DNA of 61,285 nucleotides, the filler included, from Sphacelaria rigidula (lineage: Eukaryota), in the NCBI GenBank assembly GCA_964200075.2. It is 6 parts of 6 records of this genome, joined end to end, with 100 filler letters (N's around TTAATTAATTAA, not from the genome) between each part and the next. Parts side by side here need not be neighbours in the genome. Positions count along the whole stretch, not along the records: positions 40,926 to 51,055 come from CAXNAA020007071.1; positions 51,156 to 61,285 come from CAXNAA020007072.1; 4 more parts are not named here. One strand, given 5' to 3'. The notes below the pieces were generated by a model. It searched no databases and was not told the origin of the DNA. It saw only the letters and a list, made by a program, of their open reading frames with translations. Positions 47,511 to 60,660 of the stretch are shown piece after piece. The position numbers and the translations under genes were made by a program. Position 1 is the first letter of the stretch; each line of letters begins with the position of its first letter.

Positions 47511-50099
47511 GATACATGATGGAGACACCATTCTTCGTACCGTTATCGTTTCTCAGATGGCTGGGGTAGTCAGCCTGTCGGTGTGTTCTCACGTATATTA
47601 CCAGCTGTCCGGAACGATCACTGGTCGTCACAGTGCCTCCTCTTCCACAATGCCTAGCAGTTCTTGATCATGATGGAGTCCTTAAAATAGTCCTTAATGT
47701 GGTTTTCGCCAATTTGAGAGTTTAGTATTTGATTGAGATTAGGAACCCAAGAAATAGGGAGTTCCAGTAACTTCATCGACTGGTGCATGTTAGGGAACAC
47801 TCAACCGGGCCAGGCTGAGATAGGCTCGAATAAGAGCGCTTCGCCGTGGGGTGAACCCAGCGTAATATTCAGATGCATGACCTCGTCAAAATGCGTGAAT
47901 ACAGAACTCCGGAGTCCTTATGTGATAGCCGCCCCCCCCTAAAAACAAAAATCGAACACCGTGACGAAGATGGTCGAAGAGCCTGATGTTCGGGTCCAGG
48001 CCACACGAGCGTCTTTTATGTGCGACATGTGCGAACACAACCCGAGTGAGGGGATTCCCGGCTGCTCGTTGTGCTCCGCCATTTTTATTTCGATTCACAT
48101 GCAGATTGTCCGTCCCCAAACCCGCCCGTTTTGACGCGAGGAGTATCGTAGAAAGAGTCTCTAAAGTTGCAGAGAGATGGTCAACTATGGTTTCAGTTCT
48201 GACATGCTCGTGTAGGCCTCAGATGCTTTCTGTAACAGGTTGACACTGAAGGCTCTGATATCCCATGGTAGATTCTCGTCGTGGAACTAAAAGCACACGA
48301 CACTGTCACCGGCAATGATATACACATTACCTGGGAGAATGGCTTAGTTAGAGCAAATCGTGAATCTCTCGCTCAATAACCTCTAGACCCTTAATCTGGC
48401 AGAACCCGGTTGTATCCCTACGCTACGTCCCACCTGATTCTCGTCGAGGCGCACTTGTCATTCTTGTGTGGACCGTGTGTTGTAGTAACAGTGTAACAAG
48501 GACAAGCCGAGCTATATACACCGTAGCAGTCGGCCACCCGATGAGACCAGGACCCCATGTTTGACTTGTTTGTTTCTGTGCCCGACTCTTTCTGACTGGT
48601 GATGTCATCTGTACTTGTAATACTTTCTTCTTCCAACAGCATTTGTACCCCGAAAAACAGCGCGTGCGGCATATTTCAATTATCATGGAACTCGATGTCC
48701 GAGCATTTTCCGAGCCCCATACGGGTATACCGGACTGTACATCAGGCTTCGTGCTGTATTTTGGGACTCGATATTCTGTTTTCAGAATCGGGGAGGACAC
48801 CAAAACGCCACCTCGCCACTGTGGCCCAAATGGGTACATCTTTAAGCCGACTAGAGCAGAGCTGAGGATTCGAATCCATCCCATTCCGCACATGACTGGA
48901 CACTCAAAATGAATACGAGAGTGAGCACAATATACGACTATGTGTAACTCCGTCAACGACATGACATAGTGTGGTAATGTGCTGGCCCTCGACAATAGTA
49001 CACTGACAACCGGGACAGTAGAAAGTGTTCGAGTTCACTTATACTCTTTCTGTCTGGAAATATAGTCAATGATGGATTCCGCTGTTACCAGGGCGCTTCC
49101 GATTTCATTATTTTTCGGTGTTTGTGACGTTGCGGTCTTGGATTGCGACGGTAAAACCGGAGCGGTTTCGGGTGGGCCCTTGTTCAAGTGGCTCTAAAAT
49201 AAAGGTCTACCGCACGCACCCGGGGTATGGTCATGTGTCGATGCACGGCAATGTCAAGTTGTATTGAAGCACAAATCGTGTTCATGTTACCACCGTCGCC
49301 CTATATTCGCAAGGGCCCGCAGCAAGCCGGCGCTCAAACGCCGGCCGTTTCCCGGCAAATTCTCGCTAGGTCGTCCCGCACTAGTCCCAGCCACTACCAC
49401 GTCTGTTTTCAGGTACACGTTCAAATCTTGCTTCCCGGTATGCCATAGACATGAGTTGCAAATTGCTGTTTCCCGGGCAGACAGGAGACGGTTTCAATCG
49501 TCAAGCAGGTGCACGCTGGGCCCAGGAGCCCCATTTCGGGAAAAAACGGTATCATCCCCCAGGTCACCCAGACCTCATTCTGGGGTTATAGGAGGGAAGG
49601 GAAGCGGGGACCCCGGGACCCTATTTGAGGAGGGGGATTACCCTCCTGATCGATCGATGATGGCGATAGTAGTTGCTGTGTGTGCGCGCATTGGTCTTTA
49701 AACACAGACTGTGGACGGTACATAAATGATGCTGCTTGCCGCTGTGTTCGACACTGCGTACCAACCGCAACATGACGCGTTCGGTGGTACTACCTCCTCA
49801 CTGCACAGCGATCGGGTGCAGGGTGACAAAGCACACCGCAGGACGTCATATCCCTAGCCTGTTCCTGTTCGGCATTGATTTCGCGCCGTCCTATGCAGTT
49901 CGCCACATCATGAACGCAGCCGCTTGTATCTGCGGTCAACGTGTACACGGGATATCGCCCCTCGGTACGCGCTATATCGCTACGCCCCATTCTGTGATGC
50001 TGTCCGTGTTGCAGCTACGGCGTGCGTTTGCCCCAGGTGGTGCACTCAGGAGTGGAAGGCCGCCTCCGCCGCTGTATGTATCTTGGGCGAAGCTGTGTG

Positions 50100-50190
50100 G
50101 TAACACAGCCGCGTCTTGTGCGCCCACATATACCGAAAGGTGGAGACCGGCGTCCAAAAAAGATGGGACGACACACACACAACACACTGT
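50100..50190 (+). mobile_element. 3' fragment of the SINE family found at 52875-53229
   Basis: gtgcgcccacatataccgaaag..ggagaccggcgtcc...atgggacgacacacacacaacac matches the reverse complement of 52875-52950. Confidence 0.75.
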
Positions 50191-51055
50191 GCACAGTACA
50201 CGTTTACCATCGTGTTCGCACTGACTGTAGAGAGCATTGTCCACGAAAGGTCGTGAAAACGCCGCAACATCTGGTCGACCTGCACGAGAGGCAAACGCCG
50301 AAATATTCACCTGCAAACTCTGCTCCAGTGCACTGTGAGTCGATATCGCTAGAAGGACACTACCATAACCACCTTGCTGGCTGCCAGAATGTCAGGACGA
50401 AGGATCTGCAAGCATTGCTACTGTCTGTACGGGGGTGTGTTGCCCCCTTGTCGGAGACGTGGGGAAGGGTCCGTGGCAGAACGCAGTGGTCGCGTTAAGC
50501 AGCTGCACGCTGGGCGTTCTCACTCAAGACTTCGATTTGGAAGAGGGTACTAGATAGGCAACAGCAACGGCTGTGTGTCCAGGTGCCCTTTCGAGCAAGA
50601 TGCGCTTGGTTTCTGTTCGACAAAGATATCCCCCCCGAAACGAAAGTATTAGGGGTTTCAGAGTGGAAAAATCTAGCAAAAATCGAGTCGCAAAAACCGG
50701 TGAGTCGAATTTCTACCCGGAGCAGAAATCAAATACCTTCGTGAAATTGGAATTACTGTATAGGTAGTATATTGTTCGTCACATGGGCTTGATCTCTCGA
50801 AACCGTGGTCACAGTGCAAGAAGAAACCACATACCACCCATGCCCATACATCAAACAACAGGGGGTTCTATGAAATGAGGTTGATCGATGAAATGAAGTT
50901 TGAGGAGGCTAGTCAGTATGCGACAAAAACCCGAGGAAAGTACCGTCCGCAAGTGCCTTCGATCAATACCGGGGGGCGGGGGGGGGGGGGGGGGGGGGCC
51001 TCCTGCGTTTCTCGCCCCTGGGGTTTTACTGTTGTGTTTTGCGGGGGGGGGGGGG

Positions 51056-51155
51056 NNNNNNNNNNNNNNNNNNNNNNNNNNNNNNNNNNNNNNNNNNNNT
51101 TAATTAATTAANNNNNNNNNNNNNNNNNNNNNNNNNNNNNNNNNNNNNNNNNNNN
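51056..51155. other. Artificial contig-joining linker
   Basis: Same N44-TTAATTAATTAA-N44 structure. Confidence 0.98.
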
Positions 51156-51432
51156 GCTCGACTATCACCATGGTTACCGCAAAAAAAACGCAAGCGCGCA
51201 AAAGAAAACGGTAATCTGGTTGCCTAGCTTACGCAGTGAGTGGCTTGTTTCATAGCGTCATCGCCAACCGACGCCAACCCCATCCGAGGTCCAACCCTAC
51301 AATACCGGGACGGGGCACGCCGGGTTCTCGCCAGACCAGGCTAAAGGGGGGCGTACTCATGATCTTGCTTGCCTTAGTCGTTTGACCATTGACCACGCAT
51401 CCCTTTCGAGAGAGGGCAGGGGTGGGGGGGCG
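51156..51432 (-). repeat. Dispersed repeat family A copy
   Basis: Reverse complement of 811-940, followed by the ggggcgtactcatgatcttgcttgccttagtcgtttgaccattgacc module also seen at ~7100, ~7497 and ~9330. Confidence 0.85.
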
Positions 51433-52874
51433 TCTCTGATTGAAACTACTGGTAATTGCAAGCGACAGAATCAGTGCTCACCGTTTCTGCTTAGACAATG
51501 AAAACGTGAGTATGCACGATACTTCACTAATATGTTTCAAGGTCGCGAATAGACGATACATATGAGATGCAGATGTTACGTGTAGATGCGCTAGGTTGCA
51601 TCAGGCTGGGCGGAGTTTCCAAAGGGTAGCAACCGCGTATTCGGAGCATCATACTTTGTGAACGTCAACGCTCCACCGTTGAAGGTGCTTCCAGGCGTCA
51701 ACCGCCTTCACCACAGTGCTAACCTAGGAGTCACCCGCCCAAAGTTTGAGTTTGCGGAGATTGACTTGTCGATGCAAAATCATCCGTACAATGTTTCGTT
51801 TGCGATCAAACGATTGCCGGTGTTCTCCTGCTGTGGCTCGTCGATCACAAAAAGAAGGGACTCAGGCTCTCTCTATATGCACAATTAGATACGAACAATG
51901 AAATACATGTATCTTTGCCGATTGAAACTCGAACTCCCATTTACACGTACTTTCGCGCAAGCGTTTAGCGAAAAACTCGCCTCCAGTTGGCTATCCTGCT
52001 TGCATTGAATTGTAATTGTACAGTACTCACTGCCCGTACCGTGCCAACAGTTGCAAAAACACAAAAACAGTGATCGTGACCAACATAATGTGCGCTTCAG
52101 TAATACCAACACCCATTCCCTCCCCGCCAGAGACAATGGTCATATGACTATGATATGCAAGATCATAAGTACACCCCCACAGCGGTGGCTTTAGCTCCTC
52201 AAGAAAAACGAAGATTAGAGGCATCCGGAGCGGGAAAGAGGGAAAAGTCCTTCTGATGGAGCCTCCGGAGTCGCGGTATCAGTATCAACTGCGAAGCTAT
52301 GGTACGGTGTACTGCACATTCCTACCCCAACCGACTGCTACCCGGATATCAAAGGTGCTAGGTTGGTAGAGGGTACAAAAAGCCGTGGGTACTCCGACAA
52401 CACTCTAGGTATTCCAAGATTCTCACGAGTGTCGGCAGCCGATACCCTGCGTGCCCTGGAGTATTGAGTACTGTGTTGAAAATATCCTCAAAACCTAGGA
52501 TACCTCCGGGTTCGTACCCTATCCCAAGCGCTTTTGCCAGATATCTACCGCGCTATTCATCACTTGTGAGCATATCTTATTGAGCAAGCCTCTAATCCTT
52601 GGAATGCTAACGTTGCCAGCTCCGAGATAGTATTTGCTGACATTCCCCTGAGTTCTTGGAGGACGACTCTTGTAGGCGTGGATGGGCCCTCAATGGACAT
52701 GGATAGTTGGCAGGCGTGTTACAAGGAGGAAATGATTGGCATGCAGCAGCCCTGACCGTGGTGGAGGGAGGGGGGTTCACGGTTTAGTTCATGTTCATGA
52801 ATCATTCTGCCTTGAGTTTTTACGTCTTGTAAGTGCGTGAACACAGTTACAGCTGTCTCCAAACGGGATGGCAT

Positions 52875-53229
52875 GTGTTGTTGTGTGCGTGTTGTCGTCC
52901 CATTTATTCTGGGCGCCAGTCTACATCTTTCGGTATATGTGTGCGCACCAGCTTGGATCACACAGGAGGAAGGTCAACACAGGAGTTTTTTTTTTTTTCT
53001 AGTACCCCACCGTCCTTCTGCGGTGCTTGCCTTTTTTATAGCGAGAGGAGTTCAGCAGGCCCTTTCCCTCGTCGACCGTTGGGTCGAATTTTGTGTGCCC
53101 ACGACATAGTCGCTCTCCACTGTTGGGCATGGTGTGACAAAAAATCCCAGATCGCTCCGGGAATTGAACCCACGACCCAACCGTCAAAAGGTTACGAAGT
53201 TACCAAGTGAGCCACCGGGGCGACCGGCT
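52875..53229 (-). mobile_element. Full-length tRNA-derived SINE (~355 bp)
   Basis: Minus-strand head gccggtcgccccggtggctcacttggt (A box) and ggttcaattcc (B box). Tail AATAAA plus (aca/cac) repeats. 8-bp TSD GATGGCAT at 52867-52874 and 53230-53237. Confidence 0.88.
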
Positions 53230-54674
53230 GATGGCATAGACCTAGTTGATGTCTACACTCCTGTGCTATGCCGCACACTTCGGCTGGTGGGACTACCGAT
53301 ACTGGCGCGTATTATGAATGAATAACTATGACGCACGAAATACACGTGGGAACGACCAATCTTCTGCAGGCGTCGTTTTTCCACTGAAACAACCATTCCG
53401 AACCGCTACGCCCGGATCGTGTCCGCTTGACGTCGAACAAGGGGTCCGTGCTCTAGATGGATCACTCTGCATAACTACCGCCGGCTAAAAGTTTCGGGAT
53501 TTCAAGGGGGGGGGGGGGGGGGCAGATCATCGGGAAAAGCTTTCTAGATCAACCATGGGTTTTTACCACGATATTTTGTAGGTCGAGTAACAGGTCTAGA
53601 CATAGTGGAGTCATCATTTTGATGGACTTAGTGAAATGACACATCATGTTTCCCGATAAACTGCCCAACATCGCTCACTTGGCGGTCCAGTTGCGTTTCA
53701 CCATTTCCATCATGACCAGTCGACTCTCGAAGCACACAAGAAAAATACGCTATTGAATCTTCGCGGAATCTTCGCGACCTGCCCGCTCCCTCGTGTGCCG
53801 TTAAGATAGCTTCACACGAATGACGTACAGCGGATCAGGTGAAGTGGAAAGCGGTGTCACACTGACTGATGTTATCGTTTGTATTCAGCCGCTATTGAAA
53901 AGCGACTGTACGTGCACTACACCACGAAGGGTAGTGCAGAGGGCAGTGTACGATACAGTTTTAGAAGACGTGGTACGCGTGCAACATCAAAACATGCTCT
54001 CGGCTTGGTAGCAGCACTGCCTCAAAAATATCGAGACTGCGAAAGCATGATCGTGGGTAGATGGCGCTATGTTAGCGTACGTATATCGCGGCGGTAGCGG
54101 TAACCAGCGTGCACCACTCGCAAAGCACGAAATCATTCACCCGCAAAAATGACTAAGCGAAGACGTACGTACACTTTGAGTTGACTCAAAGCCCGTCAGG
54201 GGTTTTGCGACACCCATTCTCATACGAATGTTAAACGGCCACCAGTTCATGTAAACAGGCGTGCTATGTCCCGTGACAAACGATAGTCCTGTAGCCAGAC
54301 TAAATGAGGCGATTTTTTGGGTGATCTGATCGGGGTGACAGTCAAAGGGTCGACAGTTTGCCAGCAAAGGGGGGTTCATGTGTGTAATTGGCAATATTTT
54401 CACTTGACAAATAAACCTCGAAAAAAATGCGTCTAATTCGTGCGAGCACAAAGGTGTACGCTTGATGTGACATAAGTGGTCCATACGTGCGGTAGAGTTC
54501 TCCATTCCGTAAAATACCTCTTCGAAGAATTTCCCGGAATCTTATTACTAGACTTGAGTCTAATTGCCGATATTCGGATCTATGGTGGGACCGACAATTC
54601 CAGGTGTTACTAGCGTGCGCAGAACGCGTTGTTATCACAGGGCGCCGATCTGAGGTCTACTAACGTGCACTTTC

Positions 54675-54830
54675 CATAGAGCACCCTCCGCACCCCCCTT
54701 GCCCGAGGTTCTCGGTATGTCTTTGCATAGGGTTTGGGTTAGGGTTAGTGTAGTGTTATTATTTCAAAACCATGAATATCCGAAAATTCTCTCAAAGATA
54801 ATAATACGGGGTGGACAAGGGAGCTCCATG
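54675..54830. mobile_element. Small TIR element with internal telomere-like repeat (TIR differs from the 21187 family)
   Basis: catagagcaccctccgcacccc vs the reverse complement of ggggtggacaagggagctccatg. Internal agggtttgggttagggttag. Confidence 0.6.
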
Positions 54831-55410
54831 CGAGTCGGAACGAGCACCCTTTGCACCCCCATTCACCGACGGATTCCAGAAGACAACCGCAATGGTGTTT
54901 TGAGCGAGACCGGGTTTATCTCAGTGGCACTTGCGAGGGCAAAATATGGCTGGCATTAGATGACTTTCTTTCTCGCTGTACAACGAGCTGTGCAGCCAAC
55001 TGATGCCGTGATACCACCACAGGAGTCCAGTCTGCAACCACCGATACAGCTCCAAACATCTCCTCATTGACAATGCCCCATATCCACGTCATGCGACAGG
55101 ACTAGGCCATCTGGAGCCCATATCGCCGGAAAATTTTAGCATGATATCCCCAGGTGCTCTCAACTACGGTGATCTAACCAGATTACCCCCCCCCCCTCCA
55201 GATCATCTGGTCGAGCGATCTGACCGCAGTATTCAGGCCGTCCACAATATTGTTTCGGCCCAGATCGCCGCAAATAAAAGTTGGCCTCACTAGGGGACGT
55301 CTCGTGACTCGATGTTCGTACATAACACAGTAAAAAGACCCCAAAGGGCCAATATTAAGGGGACAGAAAGAGAAAAGCAGAGAGCAACGAGCATTGAATA
55401 ACAGGATGTT

Positions 55411-55452
55411 GATTGGTCGCCGCAACCAGGGCGATGGTTGCGGCGACCAATC
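55411..55452. other. Perfect 18-bp-stem hairpin with a 6-nt loop
   Basis: gattggtcgccgcaacca-gggcga-tggttgcggcgaccaatc. Confidence 0.9.
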
Positions 55453-56574
55453 CATATGCTGCTCTTCCACCCTGGCTTTGCTCTTCGCCTCTTGTTTTTG
55501 ACCTCGTCAAGATAGGCCCGAAGTGTCCACTGCCTTGCAGTCAAATGGTCAGAGAAACACTACCTCCCGTGCCTCCCATATCAGGCGACCAAGCCGTAGT
55601 AGGCCAATCAATAAATTGCCCACGGATGTGGCTGACGACTGTAGGCTACCGCTATGCTGTGCTCCTGTACATGGGTACGGTCACCATCAAGGATGCCAGA
55701 GTGAGCGGGGTGAGGCTTCGCTCGAACTTTGCGCGCTTGTTGGGTAAACCTGGGAAATCCACCGGAGAAGCGGTCGTTTCACGTTCTTGCCCTGTGCACT
55801 CTGGCTACGGTGCACGAAATTATCCCTTCTCTCATGGTGTGGTGTATATTGCGAGGGCGTCAAGCCAGGTTAATTCGAGGAGCGGCGGACAACAGGACGA
55901 GTACTCAAACGACCTGCATTCATGTACATCCAAGCGCCGGTGTCACCGCAAAAAAGCACCTTTTCTCCAGATGAGGTACAGCGTGCCGCCGGGTACTATC
56001 CACACGACCGGGTGTAATCGTAAAAATGTGTTGGCCACAGAAGGCGTTTTCTCGTTTGTTCCCCCTCTTGGCCGTCGCCTGTGGAAACATTCTTTTACAA
56101 TAACAGGGAGAGTAGCTGGCTTGATCTCTACAACTACTAGCAAGGAGCTCGGATATGACTCAGCATAACCCCCACTTGCCGTTTTCTGTGTGACTTATCC
56201 GGTCGATTCCCAGGGAAAGGTACCTTGTAGGAGAAGGTCAAGACGCAAGGCGGGCCCCGCGGCCCCGGTGGCACGAGAGAAAAAGTCGGCATCAGCCGAC
56301 CCCGAAAGTCAATCAGAAAGGACCTCCACCCGGACAAGAAAGACGACTGGGCGCTTCGTGTGTCCAACTACAGGTCGGAGTTCTTTATTTTGATGCGAGC
56401 GGAGGCGCTTGGCGATGGAACTTCGGAGTCGGCTGATGTCGGGGAAAAAACGATAGTAAATATACATCACTTCGTCTGTGTACATTCAGTACACTTGCGG
56501 TCGTGGTATGTACAAGTACGATACGCTGCAATACGATCAGGAATGCAGCACTGACAAAAGGCCGGATGTTGTGG

Positions 56575-56994
56575 CACACAGATTTTTGGCCGACGGATAG
56601 TTCACTTATGGGACGTTCGACCCACTTTTAACCCCCACGAGTAAACAGGGAAAATCGCCAACACACGTCTCGGACACTTTGCATCACCCCACAGAGAGGA
56701 GCCTAGCCTACTTTTCAGATTTGCCTGGCTCCAAGATTCGAGAGTGGCGGCTGAATAATAATGCGTGTGCAACAAAATCTACGGCGGTCTCCACAGATTT
56801 TTGTACACGAATTATTGTTCAGAGGCCAATCTCGAAGGCTCGGAGCCACGCGAATCTGAAAATTAGGCTAGGCTCCTGTCTGTGGGGTGATGCAAAGTGT
56901 CCGAGACGTGTGTTGGCGATTTTCCCTGTCTGGGGATCAAAAAGTGGGTCAAACGTTCCAAAAGTTAACAATCCGTCGGCCAAAAATCTGTTTG
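56575..56994. mobile_element. ~420-bp palindromic foldback/MITE with CACACAG-type terminus
   Basis: acagatttttggccgacgga pairs with tccgtcggccaaaaatctgt. acagggaaaatcgccaacacacgtctcggacactttgcatcaccccacaga pairs perfectly with the opposite arm. Confidence 0.92.
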
Positions 56995-58899
56995 TTTTAA
57001 AATCCGGCTACTACAGCATGGTACGGAACGATATTGTTTGTGCTGCAATGTTTTGCGGCACGCGTACATCCAACTACGTACGGCGCAGTGGAGAATAATA
57101 CAGCGATGCCAGTGCGACATAGCTCTCGCTGCACTATGGCAATCATAGTACTCGCGCCACATCGATGCAATCAGGGCAAGCCCATGTGGTATAATACTTG
57201 AAAATTGTTCGCAAAAGCAGGCAAGAGCACCCACAAATACAGAAGGCGGTAAGGAAATACCCCTCCCGTGCATGAGATGTTCACCCTTAGTTCGCTCGGC
57301 GAAGCATGACCTGGCATCCCCGAAGTATTCTGTTTTTCGAATGAACACAATGAAATCTTGATCACAAGGAATTGCCTGTGGTGTGGCCGAGGCAGGCTCC
57401 TAGGACATCCACCCTGAAAAGACAAGACCCACGCACGCGGGGGTGTTATACCACGACATATTTATGCAATGTGCGGGCAAACCCTTGGACAGTCAAGAGC
57501 ATATAATCGCTGATCGTGCTCGACCATCAAACTTCACCTCCCTCCGGCACGAAAATTTTCTTACCTCTTCTTAGCGCCCTAACAGCCTCCTCCCCTAGCC
57601 TGCTGGCCACTCACTCTGCACGCGGTTTACCGATAGTTTGCCCTTAAGCGGACTCAAGTATGTTTGGAACATGACCTCCAGCTGTATATTTCAGGACACA
57701 GCATTCTATCATGTTCCAATAATACCTGAGTCTGTTCCCGAAGACATGCCAAATCTCCACATTAACTTTGATCGGAAAATGCCGTGTGATATTGTCAAAG
57801 GAAAAAATGGTCAGATATTAGGACCAATAACCAATGATGATTTTTTCTGTGGGGGCGATATCTCGTCACCGATAAATTGCACATCTTCCAAGTAGGTATT
57901 CACATATCAACCGTCACCGATCGATCTATGAATCATAACTACCGACGGGAACTGGCGTCTGGAAAAAAAATAACGAATGTGGCGATCGGGTTTCATGTTC
58001 ACTTTGGGAACTACCTGTACTCACATCCTGACCTGACCGCTAGGCCACTTGCCGCCCGGCTGCACATTTCGACTGAGCAAGGGAGCTCAGTGATAGCATG
58101 AGGCTTGGTTGGGACCACTGCGGCTACGATACTGTGTCGGATCCGGACTTGGAGGGCGATATGGTGTGGCAACCCCCCAGTAAAGAGCGGACAGAACGAG
58201 GTATAGTACAACACAACTAGTGATACAGCAATCTACCTTCTTGCTTGGCTGTCTTCACTCTCTGTGCACTGCGCCATGTCGCGTTGTTCGTATATACCAC
58301 TCAGTAAAAGCGATGCCAGAGACCAAGAAGACAGGGCAAGACTGTCGCATTTACGCGAATAGATATGTATGCAGAGCAACATACTCGGCGCTGCATACCC
58401 CACGTCGGCAGTGAGTGTCCCATCGCTGCAGACACGCCAACGCCGCAAATGATGTTGGATACTGAGTATAACATACCGTTGTGACTTACTGGAGCTCTGC
58501 ACTCTATTTACATAGTAGCAGTTGAAGCGCTAGAACAATCGAGCAGAGGTCTTGACAAGATTGCATGAACTGTAGTCGGATTGTCAGCCTTGTCTCGAGT
58601 CTCGAGTCTCGAATTGTTTGATCATTTTACTCGACGCAGCCGAGTGCAACCCGACGGTGAATACCAAAGAAAGATTTTTTTTTTCAATTTGAATTCTTCA
58701 ACCAGCTGGAAATTCCTAAATTTCTAAATTTGAACAGCGTAGGAAGACCCGAAGAACTGTTTATGCCGTGTCTTTGCGCATCATTTTTCGATCGAAAAAG
58801 GGCGGTGGAGAACAAGAATTCCGGCCTGATGGGTCGTGACTTCAACTATCGTCAACATTAAGTACGATAGGTGCGAAATCACGACCTCTCAGATCGAAC

Positions 58900-60660
58900 T
58901 TTTCCTTTCGGGCAATAGACAAAAAAGAGTACGCCCTGGTGCTTTCGGAACAAAAAAGGGTAACGGATTTTCCGCTCTGGGGCGTGGCGCTGCACGCGGG
59001 CTGAATCCCTCGGAAACACGTTCCAGCACCTCAGCCCTACCCCCATGGTGTCTGGGCAGCATGTCCGACCATTTTTTTTCATTTTCACAAGTGTTACAGA
59101 CTGAACTACGGCGCCGAAAATGAGAGCCTTTAAGAGTACCCTCTCTTTTTGTAAACAAACCAGGAGGGTACACCCTGTTCTCTGCTAAAAAGTATCTCCC
59201 ACGTCGTACCCTTTTTTGTTCACATTGATTTGATTGGTTGATTGATCATCTCACATTAGCTGATTGCAACAATCTAGCTTGTGGTTAGGAGCAGCAAAAA
59301 AGAACGGGAAAAAAACGGGGAAAAAGGGGGGAAGAAACACAAAAAGACAGAAGCAACAGCCACAGAAAAGAAAGAAGAAAGGAAGCGAAGGCAACAACAA
59401 CAACAACAACAACAACAACAGCAGCAATAACAGCAATAACAACAACAAACACACACATGCATACCCTTCAATGGTCAAGGGCATACCCTTTTTTGCCTTT
59501 TTTTGTAAAGTGGTGACCGTACCGCCGGCTCCGCAGAAGATACGCCGAACAGTGACGACCATACCCATTTTTTTTTGTGAAATTACAACCCGCCAAATAT
59601 GCCGAAACCCAACGACCGAGAAATTGTAGCCCCCTGCTGGTTGGCCCGCAGATCCGCCGGAGGAATCGACGATGCATTCAGGGCGCGAACGCTCGTGTGC
59701 CGGAGCTAAAGAACATCCAAAGAATGTGTGTGAAGAATCTTGCCGACGCATACACGCCCGATCGGCATCATATGTGGCGTCACCGCGACGAACATCAGAC
59801 CGTTGCGGGATCTGCAGTTTGCGGATCGGGACCAAAACTCACAGTTCCTGCAGTCAAGTGTGTGAGGATGCAGTACGTGTGTTGTATGTCTACCCTGAAA
59901 TAACGGCAAGGAACAGTCATCGTGCCTTCGCTCTGCACCGAACACAGTCAAGTTAATGTTGCTGATGTCTACGCTTTTTGTTCCACAACACTATACACAG
60001 CGTGAAGCCATACTGGGAAGACAAGAAGGGTCAGGCAGGCGGGAAAAACTACGAGCACTTTGTTTGTGCCCATGTTATACATGGTTCAATGATCATGGTG
60101 ACGCCACATATGATGCCGTTTGGAGGTTCATGTGTCGGCAAGGTTTTTCACACATGTTCCTTGCATCTTCTTGAGGTGCAGCACACAAGCGTTCGCGGCC
60201 TGAATGCGTCGTCAGATCTCCCGACGCGTTTGCGGGCCAACCAGCAGGGGGCTACAATTTCTCGGTCGTTGGGGGTCGGCCTTCTTGGCGGGGTGTAACT
60301 TCACAGAAAGAATGAGTATGGTTGTGACTGTTCGGCGTATCTTCTGCAGAGCCGGCGGTACGGTCATCACTTGACAAAAAAGGGTAATGAAGGGCACGCA
60401 CTTGATCATTAAAGGGTACAAACGTGAACAACAAAGGGTACGGCGTGAGGGATGATTTTTCAGCAGAGAGCAGGTTGTACCCTCCTGGTTTGTTGCAAAA
60501 AAGGGTACTCTCACAGGCTTTCCTTTTCCGCGCCATAGTTAAGCCTAATACCATATGCTCAACCCGCGTGCAGCGCCGCGCCCTTAACCGAAAAATGTCT
60601 TACCCATTTTTATTTCGAAATCATGAGGGTGTACCCCTGTTTTTTATATTTCTCGAAAAA
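58900..60660. mobile_element. ~1.75-kb foldback element with ~570-bp inverted arms; the left arm is interrupted by a retro-insertion
   Basis: 58900-59790 is the reverse complement of ~60090-60660, e.g. gaaattgtagccccctgctggttggcccgca vs tgcgggccaaccagcagggggctacaatttc and ggcatcatatgtggcgtcacc vs ggtgacgccacatatgatgcc. Confidence 0.88.
59226..59453 (-). mobile_element. 5'-truncated non-LTR retroelement tail inserted in the foldback arm
   Basis: Absent from the partner arm and flanked by CACAT direct repeats (59221-59225, 59454-59458). The minus strand ends taaccacaagctagat...aatgtgagatgatcaatcaaccaatc. Confidence 0.75.

Noticed and set aside
53155..53228. Functional tRNA gene
   Set aside because: It has A and B boxes but the anticodon and acceptor arms are degenerate. 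It is the head of a TSD-flanked SINE.
54137..54505. Tyrosine recombinase fragment (TGHS motif)
   Set aside because: The HxxR arginine and the other catalytic motifs are absent.
55413..56168. 251-aa ORF as a protein gene
   Set aside because: Non-ATG start inside a hairpin, no recognisable motif, composition like random translation.
59251..59835. Poly-Leu, poly-Asn and poly-Cys ORFs
   Set aside because: They are translations of an (AAC)n microsatellite inside a repeat insertion.
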